Of a DNA stretch of 64,000 nucleotides, positions 1 to 10,118 are shown piece after piece. Source of the DNA: an uncultured Clostridia bacterium (GTDB lineage Bacteria; Bacillota; Clostridia; TANB77; CAG-508). The stretch spans positions 899 through 64,898 of the forward strand of contig CAUWGE010000002.1 in the NCBI GenBank assembly GCA_963558395.1, in the 5' to 3' direction. The notes under the pieces are model-generated. The model ran no database searches and was not told where the DNA came from. It saw nothing but the letters and a program-made list of their open reading frames with translations. The stretch's first letter is position 1. Every line of letters starts with the position of its first letter. A program made the position numbers and the translations under genes.

Positions 1-6
1 TTAAAT

Positions 7-207
7 ATGAATAAATTAAAAATACCAAAAAATCATAGTGGAATTAGTAAAACTTTAAGATTACCAGAAAATATAGTAGATGATGTACAAAATCTTGCGG
101 ATTTAAAAAATTTATCATTTAATAAAGTGGTAATATCTCTATTAGAATTTAGCTTAAATAATTTAGACGAAAAAGATAAAGAAGAATTAGAGAAATTACA
201 ACAATAA
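7..207 (+). CDS. small ribbon-helix-helix-like DNA-binding protein
   Basis: 66 aa; SKTLRLPE beta-strand followed by two helices (LSFNKVVISLLE), CopG/Arc-like pattern. Confidence 0.55.
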   Translation: MNKLKIPKNHSGISKTLRLPENIVDDVQNLADLKNLSFNKVVISLLEFSLNNLDEKDKEELEKLQQ

Positions 208-213
208 TATCAC

Positions 214-237
214 AAAATAGGCCATAGGCCTATTTTT
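214..237. terminator. bidirectional intrinsic terminator
   Basis: AAAATAGGCC-ATA-GGCCTATTTT between convergent ORFs. Confidence 0.7.
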
Positions 238-490
238 AATATATATTAATAATTATATCGTTATCCAAAAATAATACAATTTTTTTATCTTCTGCTTGTA
301 TATTATATACTTGATTCAAATTTATTTCAGTGTAATTTTTATTTTCCTCATCTTTCATATTTAAAATATCTGCTTTTATAAAGTAATTAAAATTATTTAA
401 TAAATAATTAGTTTTAAAAAAACCACTAATAGAAATAGTAACATTTTTACTTATATATTTGTCCAATTCCATTTTTAAATCCAAATTCAT
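236..490 (-). CDS. hypothetical protein
   Basis: ORF 236..577; likely start MNLDLK at 490 preceded by GGAG RBS. Confidence 0.5.
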   Translation of the reverse strand: MNLDLKMELDKYISKNVTISISGFFKTNYLLNNFNYFIKADILNMKDEENKNYTEINLNQVYNIQAEDKKIVLFLDNDIIINIY

Positions 491-605
491 AATTAACTCC
501 TTCCAAAATATAAACTTAATATTATTGTGTGAATTTCTTGTTTTATTATACAGTATTAAAACAAAAAATAAATCCAATAAAAATAATTGATAAAATAAAT
601 TATAT

Positions 606-893
606 ATGATAGTATTAAGAAAAAAAGGACGATATATAATGGATGAAAAAGAAGAATTGGAAAAATGGAATAATGACAGACTAAGAGAGCAAGAAGAAAA
701 ACTAGGATTTGATTTAGAAAGTATTGACTATGAAGAAGAGGAAAAAAGGTCTAAAAAACTAGGTAAAAGAATGAAGAGGCTAGAAAAAATATTTAGGATT
801 TTTTCTATTATAATATATGCTGTTGTAATTATAGGCGTGATAATATTTACAATTAGTATGTATGAATCTGCAAAAAGAAAATGGGGAATTTAA
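606..893 (+). CDS. small membrane protein
   Basis: charged N-terminus plus one C-terminal hydrophobic helix; probable start MDEKEE at 639. Confidence 0.55.
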   Translation: MIVLRKKGRYIMDEKEELEKWNNDRLREQEEKLGFDLESIDYEEEEKRSKKLGKRMKRLEKIFRIFSIIIYAVVIIGVIIFTISMYESAKRKWGI

Positions 894-972
894 AAATACT
901 AATACCAAAAATGTAAATATATGCAAAAAAATGAAAATATAGTATAATATTGTCAAAAGGAGTAAGTAACAG

Positions 973-1029
973 ATGATAAAAAACGCTGAAAGCCTTGGGG
1001 CTGTATATATATATATATATATATCGTAA
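973..1029 (+). CDS. putative leader peptide containing a (TA)n repeat
   Basis: AAGGAG upstream, ATG at 973, MIKNAESLGAVYIYIYIS-stop. Confidence 0.35.
   Translation: MIKNAESLGAVYIYIYIS
1004..1024. repeat. (TA)10 simple sequence repeat
   Basis: perfect 21-nt alternating TA tract. Confidence 0.95.
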
Positions 1030-1060
1030 GTTCTAACGAAATAGAGTTATGTAAACGTAG

Positions 1061-1103
1061 AAAAGCTATGTGTTTTAGGTGTACCTAAAATGCATAGCTT
1101 TTT
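1061..1103 (+). terminator. long hairpin with T-tail (terminator/attenuator) upstream of SPFH operon
   Basis: AAAAGCTATGTGTTTTAGGT-GT-ACCTAAAATGCATAGCTTTTT. Confidence 0.65.
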
Positions 1104-1168
1104 AGCGTTAAAATCCTTTTTTATAGAAAATTAAAATATAAAAAATATTAAAAAAATAAGGAGGAATT

Positions 1169-2479
1169 ATGGGATTTATTAAAGCATTTGCAGGAAGTTT
1201 AGGAGGAGCACTAGGAGAGCAATGGCAGGACTTTTTTGTTCCAATGCCAAATGTACCAGGAACGGCAGGAATTTTTAGAGCAATAAAAAGAGAAACGAAT
1301 AGTGGAAGGGGTTCAAATACAGAAGGGTCAGCAAATATTATTACAAATGGAAGTAAAATTATTGTACCTGAAGGAACAGCATTAGTAACAATGCAAGATG
1401 GAGGAATAACAGGATTAATAACAGAACCAGGAGGATTTATATTTACTTCATCAGATCCAAACTCAAAATCTATGTTTGCAGGAAATGGAATATTATCTTC
1501 AACATTTGGGCAAAGCTGGGAAAGATTTAAATTTGGAGGACAACCAGGAGTAGAACAGTTAGCATTCTATGTAAATTTGAAAGAAATACCAAACAATAGG
1601 TTTGGTACGCAGTCAGAAATATATTGGGATGATGCATATTTAAATGCTCAAGTAGGAGCTATAACAAGAGGAACATATACTTTAAGAATATTAGACCCAA
1701 TATTATTTATAAAGAATTTTGTACCAGCAAAATATCTACAAGCAAATTCGCCAGTATTTGACTTTGCAGATATGGACAATGATGCAGGAGCACAACTATT
1801 TAATGAAGTAGTAAGTAGCTTATCAGGAGCATTTTCAAATTATACAAATGATCCAAGCAAAGGAAATCGTATAACAAGAATACAAGGAGACCAAATCGGA
1901 TTTGCACAATCATTGTCAAAAGCAGTAGAAGATGGATATTCATGGAGAACCGATAGAGGATTAGAAATTGTAAAAGTAGCAATTCAAACAATTGAATATG
2001 ATGAAGATACAAGAAGATTACTAAGTGATGTAAAAAAAGCAGATGCTTTATCTGGTGCAAGAGGAAACTCATTTATGCAACAATCAGTAGCAAGAGGAAT
2101 GCAAGCAGCAGGAGAAAATCCAAATGGAGGAATTGGTGCAATGGCATTTATGGGAATGGGTGCTAATTCGGTAGGAATAGGAGGACTTAACCAACCTACA
2201 AATCAAGGAGTAATAGGAATTCAAAATCCAAATTTAGCTCCAAATCAAGTACAAAATCCAAACGTAGCTTCACAACAAAATATTCAAGGAGTTCAAGCAA
2301 ATAATCCTATAAATCAAATGCCAAGTGAGCCAGCAGAAAGTAATATGAATGGTCAGCCTGTAAATGTGCAGGAGGAAGACCCTTATGAGAAACTATCTAA
2401 ATTTAAAAAAATGCTAGATGAAGGATTAATTACTCAGGAAGACTATGACGCTCAAAAAAAGAAAATCTTGGGGGTATAA
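1169..2479 (+). CDS. SPFH/band-7-like protein with C-terminal SHOCT domain
   Basis: GGAGG RBS; SPFH-like core, Q/N-rich linker, SHOCT motif LDEGLITQEDYDAQKKKIL. Confidence 0.8.
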   Translation: MGFIKAFAGSLGGALGEQWQDFFVPMPNVPGTAGIFRAIKRETNSGRGSNTEGSANIITNGSKIIVPEGTALVTMQDGGITGLITEPGGFIFTSSDPNSKSMFAGNGILSSTFGQSWERFKFGGQPGVEQLAFYVNLKEIPNNRFGTQSEIYWDDAYLNAQVGAITRGTYTLRILDPILFIKNFVPAKYLQANSPVFDFADMDNDAGAQLFNEVVSSLSGAFSNYTNDPSKGNRITRIQGDQIGFAQSLSKAVEDGYSWRTDRGLEIVKVAIQTIEYDEDTRRLLSDVKKADALSGARGNSFMQQSVARGMQAAGENPNGGIGAMAFMGMGANSVGIGGLNQPTNQGVIGIQNPNLAPNQVQNPNVASQQNIQGVQANNPINQMPSEPAESNMNGQPVNVQEEDPYEKLSKFKKMLDEGLITQEDYDAQKKKILGV

Positions 2480-2487
2480 AATAGAAG

Positions 2488-3924
2488 ATGGAAATAATGC
2501 AAGGAGTAAAAGGCGAGCCTAAAATAGTACAAACAGATATAGAATCACAAGATGGGCAAAATAAATGTCCAAGATGTGGAGCAACAGATATTGCCCTGAA
2601 TGCAAAAACAGGACTTCTTAGATGCAATTATTGTAGATATGAATTTTTACCAGAAAAGGTGAAAGGATTAGAAACAAATATAAGCGAAATCAGAGGAGAG
2701 ATTATAGGTTCTGGCGCCAAAGATATAGATGATAGCGAAAATCAAAAAAGCAATGTAAAAACATTTAAATGTAGTAGCTGCGGTGCAGAAGTTGTTATTG
2801 ACGGAAATGAAACAACTCAAGCAAGATGCCACTGGTGCAGAAATACATTATCACTAAATAGTCAAATTCCAAATGGAGCAATACCGGATGTTTTACTACC
2901 ATTTAAACTTACAAAAGAAGAGGCGAAAACACAGATAGAAGAATTTGTAGGAAAAAGAAAATTTTATGCACATCCTAAATTTAAAGAGGAATTTAGCCTA
3001 GATAATATTATGGGAGTATACTTTCCATATATGTTAGTAGATGTAAATGGACACGCACATTTTGAAGGATATGGAGAACATGAAGTTAGAAAATATTTTG
3101 TAAGAAGAGGAGATAATAGAGAACTTAACTATGATGCAGATTTATATGAAATAGAAAGAGATTTTGACTTAAGCATTCAGGACATATCAGTAGAATCTAA
3201 TTCAGATAGGCTAAATAAAGAAAATAATGAAAAAACAAATAATGTTATAAATTCAATAATGCCATTCGATACAGAAAACTGTGTAAGATATAATGCTAAC
3301 TATCTAAAAGGATATACTTCAGAAAAAAGAGATACAAACATAGAAGATTTAAGAAAAATAGTAGATGTACAAAGCAAGGATATTTCAAGGTTTGCAGCAA
3401 ACGATACAATAAAAAAATATGACCGTGGAGTAAACTGGAAAAAACAAGAATTAGATGTAAAAGGAAGGCAATGGAAAACAGCGTATTTGCCAGTATGGCT
3501 TTACAGTTATCAAGAGAAAAAAGAAGATAAGAGCATAATGCATTATGTAGCCGTAAATGCTAGAACTAAGGAAACAATGGGAAGTGTACCAATACATATC
3601 CCTAAATTAATTGGAATGTCTGCGCTAGTAGAATTACTAGGAATTATATTAATGCTTATAGTTGACGTATCTTGGAGTTTTCTATTTGCAATGCTAGGAT
3701 TCATATACTTTTTGATAGTATATTTAAAATATAGAAATACAAATGCTAGACATCATCACGAAATAGAGACAAAAAGAAATATAATTAATCTGAGACAAAA
3801 AGACCAATTAATAAAACATAAAACAGGGCTTAGAAATTCAAAAATGGTAGATTCAAATAATATGGAAGTAACTGGTCAAAATGTGGTTGGAGATGTGGTA
3901 AACAAATTTACCAATATGCTTTAA
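2488..3924 (+). CDS. zinc-ribbon membrane protein, partner of SPFH protein
   Basis: CxxC pairs CPRC/CNYC/CSSC/CHWC, two C-terminal TM helices. Confidence 0.75.
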   Translation: MEIMQGVKGEPKIVQTDIESQDGQNKCPRCGATDIALNAKTGLLRCNYCRYEFLPEKVKGLETNISEIRGEIIGSGAKDIDDSENQKSNVKTFKCSSCGAEVVIDGNETTQARCHWCRNTLSLNSQIPNGAIPDVLLPFKLTKEEAKTQIEEFVGKRKFYAHPKFKEEFSLDNIMGVYFPYMLVDVNGHAHFEGYGEHEVRKYFVRRGDNRELNYDADLYEIERDFDLSIQDISVESNSDRLNKENNEKTNNVINSIMPFDTENCVRYNANYLKGYTSEKRDTNIEDLRKIVDVQSKDISRFAANDTIKKYDRGVNWKKQELDVKGRQWKTAYLPVWLYSYQEKKEDKSIMHYVAVNARTKETMGSVPIHIPKLIGMSALVELLGIILMLIVDVSWSFLFAMLGFIYFLIVYLKYRNTNARHHHEIETKRNIINLRQKDQLIKHKTGLRNSKMVDSNNMEVTGQNVVGDVVNKFTNML

Positions 3925-3949
3925 TATATGAACAAAGGGGGGAGAAAAA

Positions 3950-4429
3950 GTGGAAAAAATTATAGAAAAATGTAAAAATACAAAAATACTAGGAGTAATT
4001 GGAGCAATATGTTTAATATTAGGTATGTTTTTACCATATATATCTTTTCATTACTTTGGATACACAAGTTCAATAAAGTTATGTAACTTTTGGCAAGGAA
4101 ACACAATTTTATTCTTAGCCATATTGAATTTGCTATTTATATGCAAAGATTTTATAGAAGAAAAAATACCAAATATCTTTAACAATGAATTTGGAGAAAA
4201 AATAAAAACAGTTAATAATCAAAAATTAACATTAATAGCAACAGTTGGTGCAGCAATTCTTGCACTATACCTAACATGGGGATGGGGACTAGAATTATTT
4301 AAAAATTATAGTATTGGATTTTATTTGCTATGGATAGGAATAATACTTTTAGTAATTTATGCTTTTGTATATAAAGAAGGAAATAAGGAAGTAACAAATA
4401 TTAATCAATATCAAACAAATATAAAATAA
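3950..4429 (+). CDS. membrane protein
   Basis: GTG start with GGGGAG RBS; four hydrophobic segments. Confidence 0.7.
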   Translation: MEKIIEKCKNTKILGVIGAICLILGMFLPYISFHYFGYTSSIKLCNFWQGNTILFLAILNLLFICKDFIEEKIPNIFNNEFGEKIKTVNNQKLTLIATVGAAILALYLTWGWGLELFKNYSIGFYLLWIGIILLVIYAFVYKEGNKEVTNINQYQTNIK

Positions 4430-4468
4430 ATTTTAAAGTATATCAAAGGTTGTAGAAAGGATAAAATT

Positions 4469-5786
4469 ATGAATAAAGTAAAATATTTTATAATAACAAT
4501 AATTAGCATAATAGCAATAATGATGATTCCTGGAATAGTAAATGCAGAATCAAAAGTTACAGTAACTAGGAACATATATTCAAATTTAGGAAGTATGAAA
4601 TTTACATTTAAAGGTTTAAAATTAGACATGACTCATGAATATTTATTTGGACTTACAAAAACAGTAGCAGAAGAAATAAAGTCATGGTTTTCAATAACAG
4701 AATATACTGAATCAAATGCAGTAGTAGATGTAACAACAACAACAAGAGAACTAAGAAATGTTATAAATGCAGTAGATAAAGGATATATAACAATAAAAGA
4801 TAAAACAACGGATACCATTGTACTAAAACCATATGGAGTAGATTTGAAAATACCATTTTTAAGAGTTACTAATTATACTGTAATACCTAATGGAAAGGAA
4901 TTTGATCCATCCGGTGAAAGAGTTCAATTAGCAATAAGGAATGCCCATAATAGTAATATGTACTACCAATATGAAAAGATAACAGATGAAAATATTATAA
5001 AAAAATATAAAGAAAGCAAATGGAGATTTCTTAGAATTAGAAAATTTATTAAAAACTGTACCTCCAGAGTCTAATTGGACAGAATGGGATTTGTGGAATG
5101 GATATGACACTCAAACAGGAATGAATGGATTTGGATATCCAGAACGTAAAGTAGCTGTACCAGATAGTGGACTATATTATATGTGGGTATACAATTCTGG
5201 AAATAATTTGAAAAATATATATGGATATATATTAGTAGATAATTTACAACCAGATATTAATTTAGAAGCAATTTCTTTACCTGCAACAGAAAAAGTTGAA
5301 TTGGGAAAAACTCTAACATTAAAACCAACATTTAATCCATCTAATGCTACAAATAAAATTGTAAAATGGAGCTCAAGTAATGAAGATGTTGCAACTGTTG
5401 ACAATGGAGGAAAAGTAACACCAAAAAAACTTGGTTCAACAGTTATAACAGTAATATCAGAAGATGGAAATAGAAAAGCAACCTGTACAGTTACAGTAGT
5501 AGCAAAACAAGAAAACAATAATGGAAATTCGGGAAGCAACAATTCAGAAAATAACAATAATGGTGGCAACACTGGAAATAATAACAACCAAAACAATGGA
5601 AGTCAAAACAATAGCGGAGGATTTGGTAATAATCAAAACGATAAAAAAGACCCAACAGTGGCAGATAAAGAAATTCCGCAAACAGGAGAAAAAATAGTTG
5701 TAGCAGGATTAACAGCTCTTACTGGAATAGTAGTACTTGGAATAGTTGCATATCACAATGAAAGAAAACTAAAAGATATAAAATAG
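4469..5786 (+). pseudogene. secreted Ig-like (Big_2) protein with LPXTG-like anchor, interrupted by a +1 frame break near 5001-5020
   Basis: signal peptide in 4469..5074; +1 frame open from 5001 (ANGDFLELENLLKTVPP) into Big_2 domain, N/G-rich linker, IPQTG + TM + basic tail. Confidence 0.65.
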
Positions 5787-5962
5787 AGCATATATTAAAC
5801 AAATTTGTAAATTAGATTCTAGAAGACGAGGGAATGAACTCTGTATTATGCAGGGATCATTCCTTTTAAATATGCTTTTTTACAGTTATAAGCAAACGAA
5901 AAGTAACAAAAAACACATATTTACATAAAATATATAAGACAGAAGTTTATATGGAGGTAAAT

Positions 5963-6712
5963 ATGTCAAAAACAATTTTAGAAGTAAAAAATCTAGGAAA
6001 AACATATCAAGCAGAAAATGGAGAGATAGAGGCTTTAAAAAATATAAGCTTTAAAGAAAAAGAAGGAGAATTTGTTAGCATAATAGGTCCTAGTGGATGT
6101 GGTAAATCGACTCTTTTATCTATAATAGCAGGACTAGAAAGTAAGAGTTTAGGAGAGAGCTACATAGATGGAAAAGTAGGATATATGCTACAAAAAGATA
6201 ACTTATTAGAATGGAGAACTATATATAAAAATGTTTTGTTAGGATTAGAAATTCAAAATATAAATACAGCAGAAAATAGAAAATATGCAGAGGACCTTTT
6301 AAAAAAATATGGACTATATGAATTTAAAAACAAATATCCGAATCAACTATCAGGAGGAATGAGACAAAGGGTAGCATTAATAAGAACGCTTGCAATAAGG
6401 CCAAAAGTATTGCTATTAGATGAAGCATTTTCAGCACTAGATTATCAAACAAGACTAATGGTTACGAATGATATATATAAAATACTAAAGAATGAAAATA
6501 TAACAGTGCTAATGGTAACACATGATATATCTGAAGCTATATCTATGTCGGATAGAATAATAGTTTTAACAAATAGACCAGCTTCTATAAAAAATATTCA
6601 TGAGATAAATTTTGGAATAAAAGAAAGAACCCCCTTAAATTGTAGGGAAAGTCCAAAATTTAGTGAATATTTTAATATTTTGTGGAAGGAGCTAGATGGA
6701 CATGAAAAATAA
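5963..6712 (+). CDS. NitT/TauT-family ABC transporter ATP-binding protein
   Basis: GPSGCGKS Walker A, LSGGMRQR signature, LLLDE Walker B. Confidence 0.9.
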   Translation: MSKTILEVKNLGKTYQAENGEIEALKNISFKEKEGEFVSIIGPSGCGKSTLLSIIAGLESKSLGESYIDGKVGYMLQKDNLLEWRTIYKNVLLGLEIQNINTAENRKYAEDLLKKYGLYEFKNKYPNQLSGGMRQRVALIRTLAIRPKVLLLDEAFSALDYQTRLMVTNDIYKILKNENITVLMVTHDISEAISMSDRIIVLTNRPASIKNIHEINFGIKERTPLNCRESPKFSEYFNILWKELDGHEK

Positions 6713-7515
6713 TAAAGACAAAATAGAAAAAATTTCAGAAGAAAGAAAAAATTATTTATCAAAAGTAAAAAACAGAAAACTTACAATAATATTAACACAA
6801 ATAGGAATTATAATTGCGTTTATAGCATTATGGGAAATATTAGCTAGGTTAGGAAAGATAGACAGCTTTATAATGAGCCAGCCATCAAGAATAGTAAAAA
6901 CATTTTTAAATTTGTCGTCTAATGATTTACTAAAACATGTTGCTATAACGGTTTTAGAAACCATTGTACGGATTTACTTTAGGAACAGTGCTAGGAGTAA
7001 TAATTGCTGTTATTTTATGGTGGTCTCCATTTATATCTAAAGTGTCTGAACCATTTTTAGTAGTATTAAATAGTCTTCCAAAGGTAGCGTTAGGTCCCAT
7101 AATTATAATTTGGGTAGGAGCAGGAATGCCGGCAATTATAGTTATGGCATTGTTAATTTCACTAATAGTTTCTATACTAAATATACTTAATGGATTAATA
7201 AATACAGAGGAAGAAAAAATAAAGATGGCTAAAACACTAAACGCGAGTAAGTGGCAAATTCTTACTAAAATAGTTTTACCATCTAATTTTAAAACTATTT
7301 TTAATACACTAAAAGTAAATATTGGGCTATCTTTAGTTGGTGTAATTTCAGGAGAATTTTTAGTATCAAAAGGAGGTCTGGGATACTTAATAGTATATGG
7401 CGGCCAAGTATTTAAACTAGACTTAGTTATGACTAGTGTAATAATTTTAGGAATAGTAGCAGCTCTTATGTATGAAGGTGTTGAGCTATTAGAAAAGAAA
7501 GTATTTAAGGAATAA
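6696..7515 (+). CDS. NitT/TauT-family ABC permease, +1 frame change at CGG 6969
   Basis: ORFs 6696..7040 and 6964..7515 join as VLETIV-G-FTLGTVLG giving ~272 aa permease. Confidence 0.85.
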
Positions 7516-7535
7516 GTATAAATAGGAGGAATGAT

Positions 7536-8549
7536 ATGAGCAGAAAAAAAACAATTTTATTTGAATTATTAATACTTATAATAATTGTTTTACAAATAGT
7601 TTTTATTTTTAAAATAAGAAATTCAAAAGAAGAGAATTTAAAAAGTGTAAAACTAAATGAAGTGACAAGGTCGGTTTTCTATGCACCTCAATATGTAGCA
7701 ATAGCAAATGGATATTTTGAAGAAGAGGGAATAAGTTTAGAAATTACAACAGGGCAAGGAGCTGACAACGTAATGACAGCTATTCTTTCAGGTCAAAGTG
7801 ATATTGGTTTATGTGGACCAGAAGCAGCAATTTACGTATATAATGAAGGAAAAGAAGATTATGCACAAATATTTAGTCAGCTTACTAAAAAAGACGGTTC
7901 ATTTTTAGTAGCAAGGGAAGAAACAAAAAATTTTTCTTGGAATGATTTGATGGGAAAAACAGTAATTCCAGGAAGAAAAGGAGGAGTACCATATATGACA
8001 TTAGAATATGTTCTAAAGCAAAATGGCATAAACCCAAAAACAGATGTAATTTTAGATGATAGCATAAAATTTGACCTTATGGCAGGAGCATTTTCAGCAG
8101 GAAATGCAGACTATGTAACACTTTTTGAACCAACTGCGTCAGGAACAGTAGCAGCAGGAAAAGGATATATTGTAACATCAATAGGTAAAGAAGCAGGAGA
8201 AATACCATATACAGCATATTGTGCAAAGAAAAGTTATATAAATGAAAATGGGGATACAATTTTAGGATTCACAAGAGCAATATACAAAGGAGAACAATGG
8301 GTAAAAGAACATACAGAAAAGGAAATAGGAGAAAAAATCCAAAAATTTTTTCCAGATACAACGCTAGAATCGCTAGAACAATCTATAAAAAGTTATAAAG
8401 AGATAGATGCTTGGTGTAGTGAGCCATATCTAAAAGAAGAAGCGTTTAATAAGCTTCAAGATATAATGAAAGAAGCTGGCGAATTAAAAGAAAAAGCTCC
8501 TTATGAGAAAATAGTAAATAACAATTTTGCGAACAAAGTAAAAGAATAA
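7536..8549 (+). CDS. NMT1/THI5-like ABC substrate-binding protein
   Basis: EVTRSVFYAPQYVA motif, N-terminal anchor, operon context. Confidence 0.85.
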   Translation: MSRKKTILFELLILIIIVLQIVFIFKIRNSKEENLKSVKLNEVTRSVFYAPQYVAIANGYFEEEGISLEITTGQGADNVMTAILSGQSDIGLCGPEAAIYVYNEGKEDYAQIFSQLTKKDGSFLVAREETKNFSWNDLMGKTVIPGRKGGVPYMTLEYVLKQNGINPKTDVILDDSIKFDLMAGAFSAGNADYVTLFEPTASGTVAAGKGYIVTSIGKEAGEIPYTAYCAKKSYINENGDTILGFTRAIYKGEQWVKEHTEKEIGEKIQKFFPDTTLESLEQSIKSYKEIDAWCSEPYLKEEAFNKLQDIMKEAGELKEKAPYEKIVNNNFANKVKE

Positions 8550-8560
8550 ATAAAATTCAA

Positions 8561-8595
8561 AAAAGCCCTATATATCCTATGATATAAGGGCTTTT
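8561..8595. terminator. bidirectional terminator
   Basis: AAAAGCCCT...AGGGCTTTT inverted repeat between convergent genes. Confidence 0.7.
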
Positions 8596-8628
8596 AAGAT
8601 GTTTGCTAAGAAGCAAACATAAAGATTG

Positions 8629-8886
8629 TTACTTTTCTTTAGACATTTCTATGATTTTTCTTCTGGCAACTATAAGAGACATTTCGGCTATCTTTACTTT
8701 CTCTTCGGCCTCTGACATTGAAAGACCAAGCATCATGTAGTAACCTACGACATCTGGTCTAGCCTTACGGAGAAGTGCTATAAAAAGCTCTTCAGAAATA
8801 AGACAAGAAGATTTTAATGGACAATCTGCTGAACACTCCCAACACCGTAAATTATTAGTGCAGTTAAAAGAATTCATAAGTAACAC
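8629..8886 (-). CDS. small Cys-containing orphan protein
   Basis: 85 aa ORF, GAAGGAG RBS, CWEC..CPL motif. Confidence 0.5.
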   Translation of the reverse strand: MLLMNSFNCTNNLRCWECSADCPLKSSCLISEELFIALLRKARPDVVGYYMMLGLSMSEAEEKVKIAEMSLIVARRKIIEMSKEK

Positions 8887-9037
8887 TCCTTTCAGTAATT
8901 AATAAATTAATTATACTACAAATATAGGAAAATAACAAGATTCATACAAATTATGTCAACAAAAAGTTGAGAAATTTATTGCCACAATTTAACCTTGTAT
9001 GTTATAATAGATATTATGTAAAAGGAGATGAATAGTA

Positions 9038-10118
9038 ATGGCAAATATACTCGATTATGTAGATTGGAGAGGAGATCTTTCAATCAAGATAAATAAATTA
9101 AATGAATTAGATAATATGATAATGTCTAGATTATCTTATATGCCTTATTCTCTTATTGATATGAATAAAAAAGAAACAATAAAATCGTTAGGAGAAAAGT
9201 TTAAAAAAATAGATGCAGATGAATTTGGAATGCCTGGAGATAAGCCTTTAATAGAAAAATTATCTAAAAGTAACAGGTTTAAAGACATAGAAATAACAGA
9301 TTATTATTCTAATACAGTTTATGAAAAAGAAGAGCAATTTAGTGCAATAACTATACATCTACCCAATAAAGAAATATACTTATCATATTGTGGAACAGAT
9401 AATACATTAGTAGGATGGAAAGAAGACTTTAATTTGAGTTTTATGATAAATATACCAGCACAAATAGAAGGATTAAAATATGTAGAAAAAATCGCCTCAA
9501 AATATCCGAACAAAATGCATTTGGGAGGACATTCTAAAGGTGGAAATGTTGCAGTATATTCCGCAATATTTGCAAAAAAAGAAATTCAAAATCGTATAAT
9601 AGATGTAACAAACCACGATGGACCAGGATTTGATAAATCTATTATAGAAAGAGGAGAATATAAAAGAGTATTAAATAAAATTTTTACATATATACCTCAA
9701 TCTTCTATTATAGGAAGATTATTAGAACATGAGGAAAAATATAAAATAGTAAAAAGTATCCAAAAGGGAATAATGCAACATGATATTTATTCATGGCAGG
9801 TTTTAGGAACTAAATTTGTTAAATTAAATGAAGTTACTAATGGTAGTGAAATAATTAATGAAACTGTAAGAACATGGTTAAAAAATACAACAATAGAGCA
9901 AAGAGAAAATTTTATAAATATAATATATGAAATTATTTCAGCAACAAATGCTAAAACATTAAAGGAAATATCATTATCAAAATTGAAAAATATGCGGAGT
10001 TATATTAAAATCATATAGAGATGTAAAAGAAGAAGATAAAAAAGTTATAGCAAAGATGCTACAATGTTTTATACATGCGGGAATAGAAACATTAAAAGAT
10101 AAAGGAGGAAAGCTATGA
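9038..10118 (+). CDS. DUF2974/Mbeg1-like alpha/beta hydrolase, +1 frame change at CGG 9995
   Basis: GTDNTLVGWKEDF and GHSKGG lipase motifs; +1 frame adds 40 aa and ends in a TGA overlapping the corA ATG. Confidence 0.8.

Noticed and set aside
5515-5640. AAC/AAT-rich low-complexity tract
   Set aside because: It encodes an ordinary Asn/Gly linker before the cell-wall anchor.
6964-7515. Treating downstream fragments (6964 TTG, 29912 GTG, 55876 ATG) as independent genes
   Set aside because: They have no convincing RBS; two start inside conserved motifs and the third lacks the membrane anchor. They are better explained as continuations after a +1 shift.
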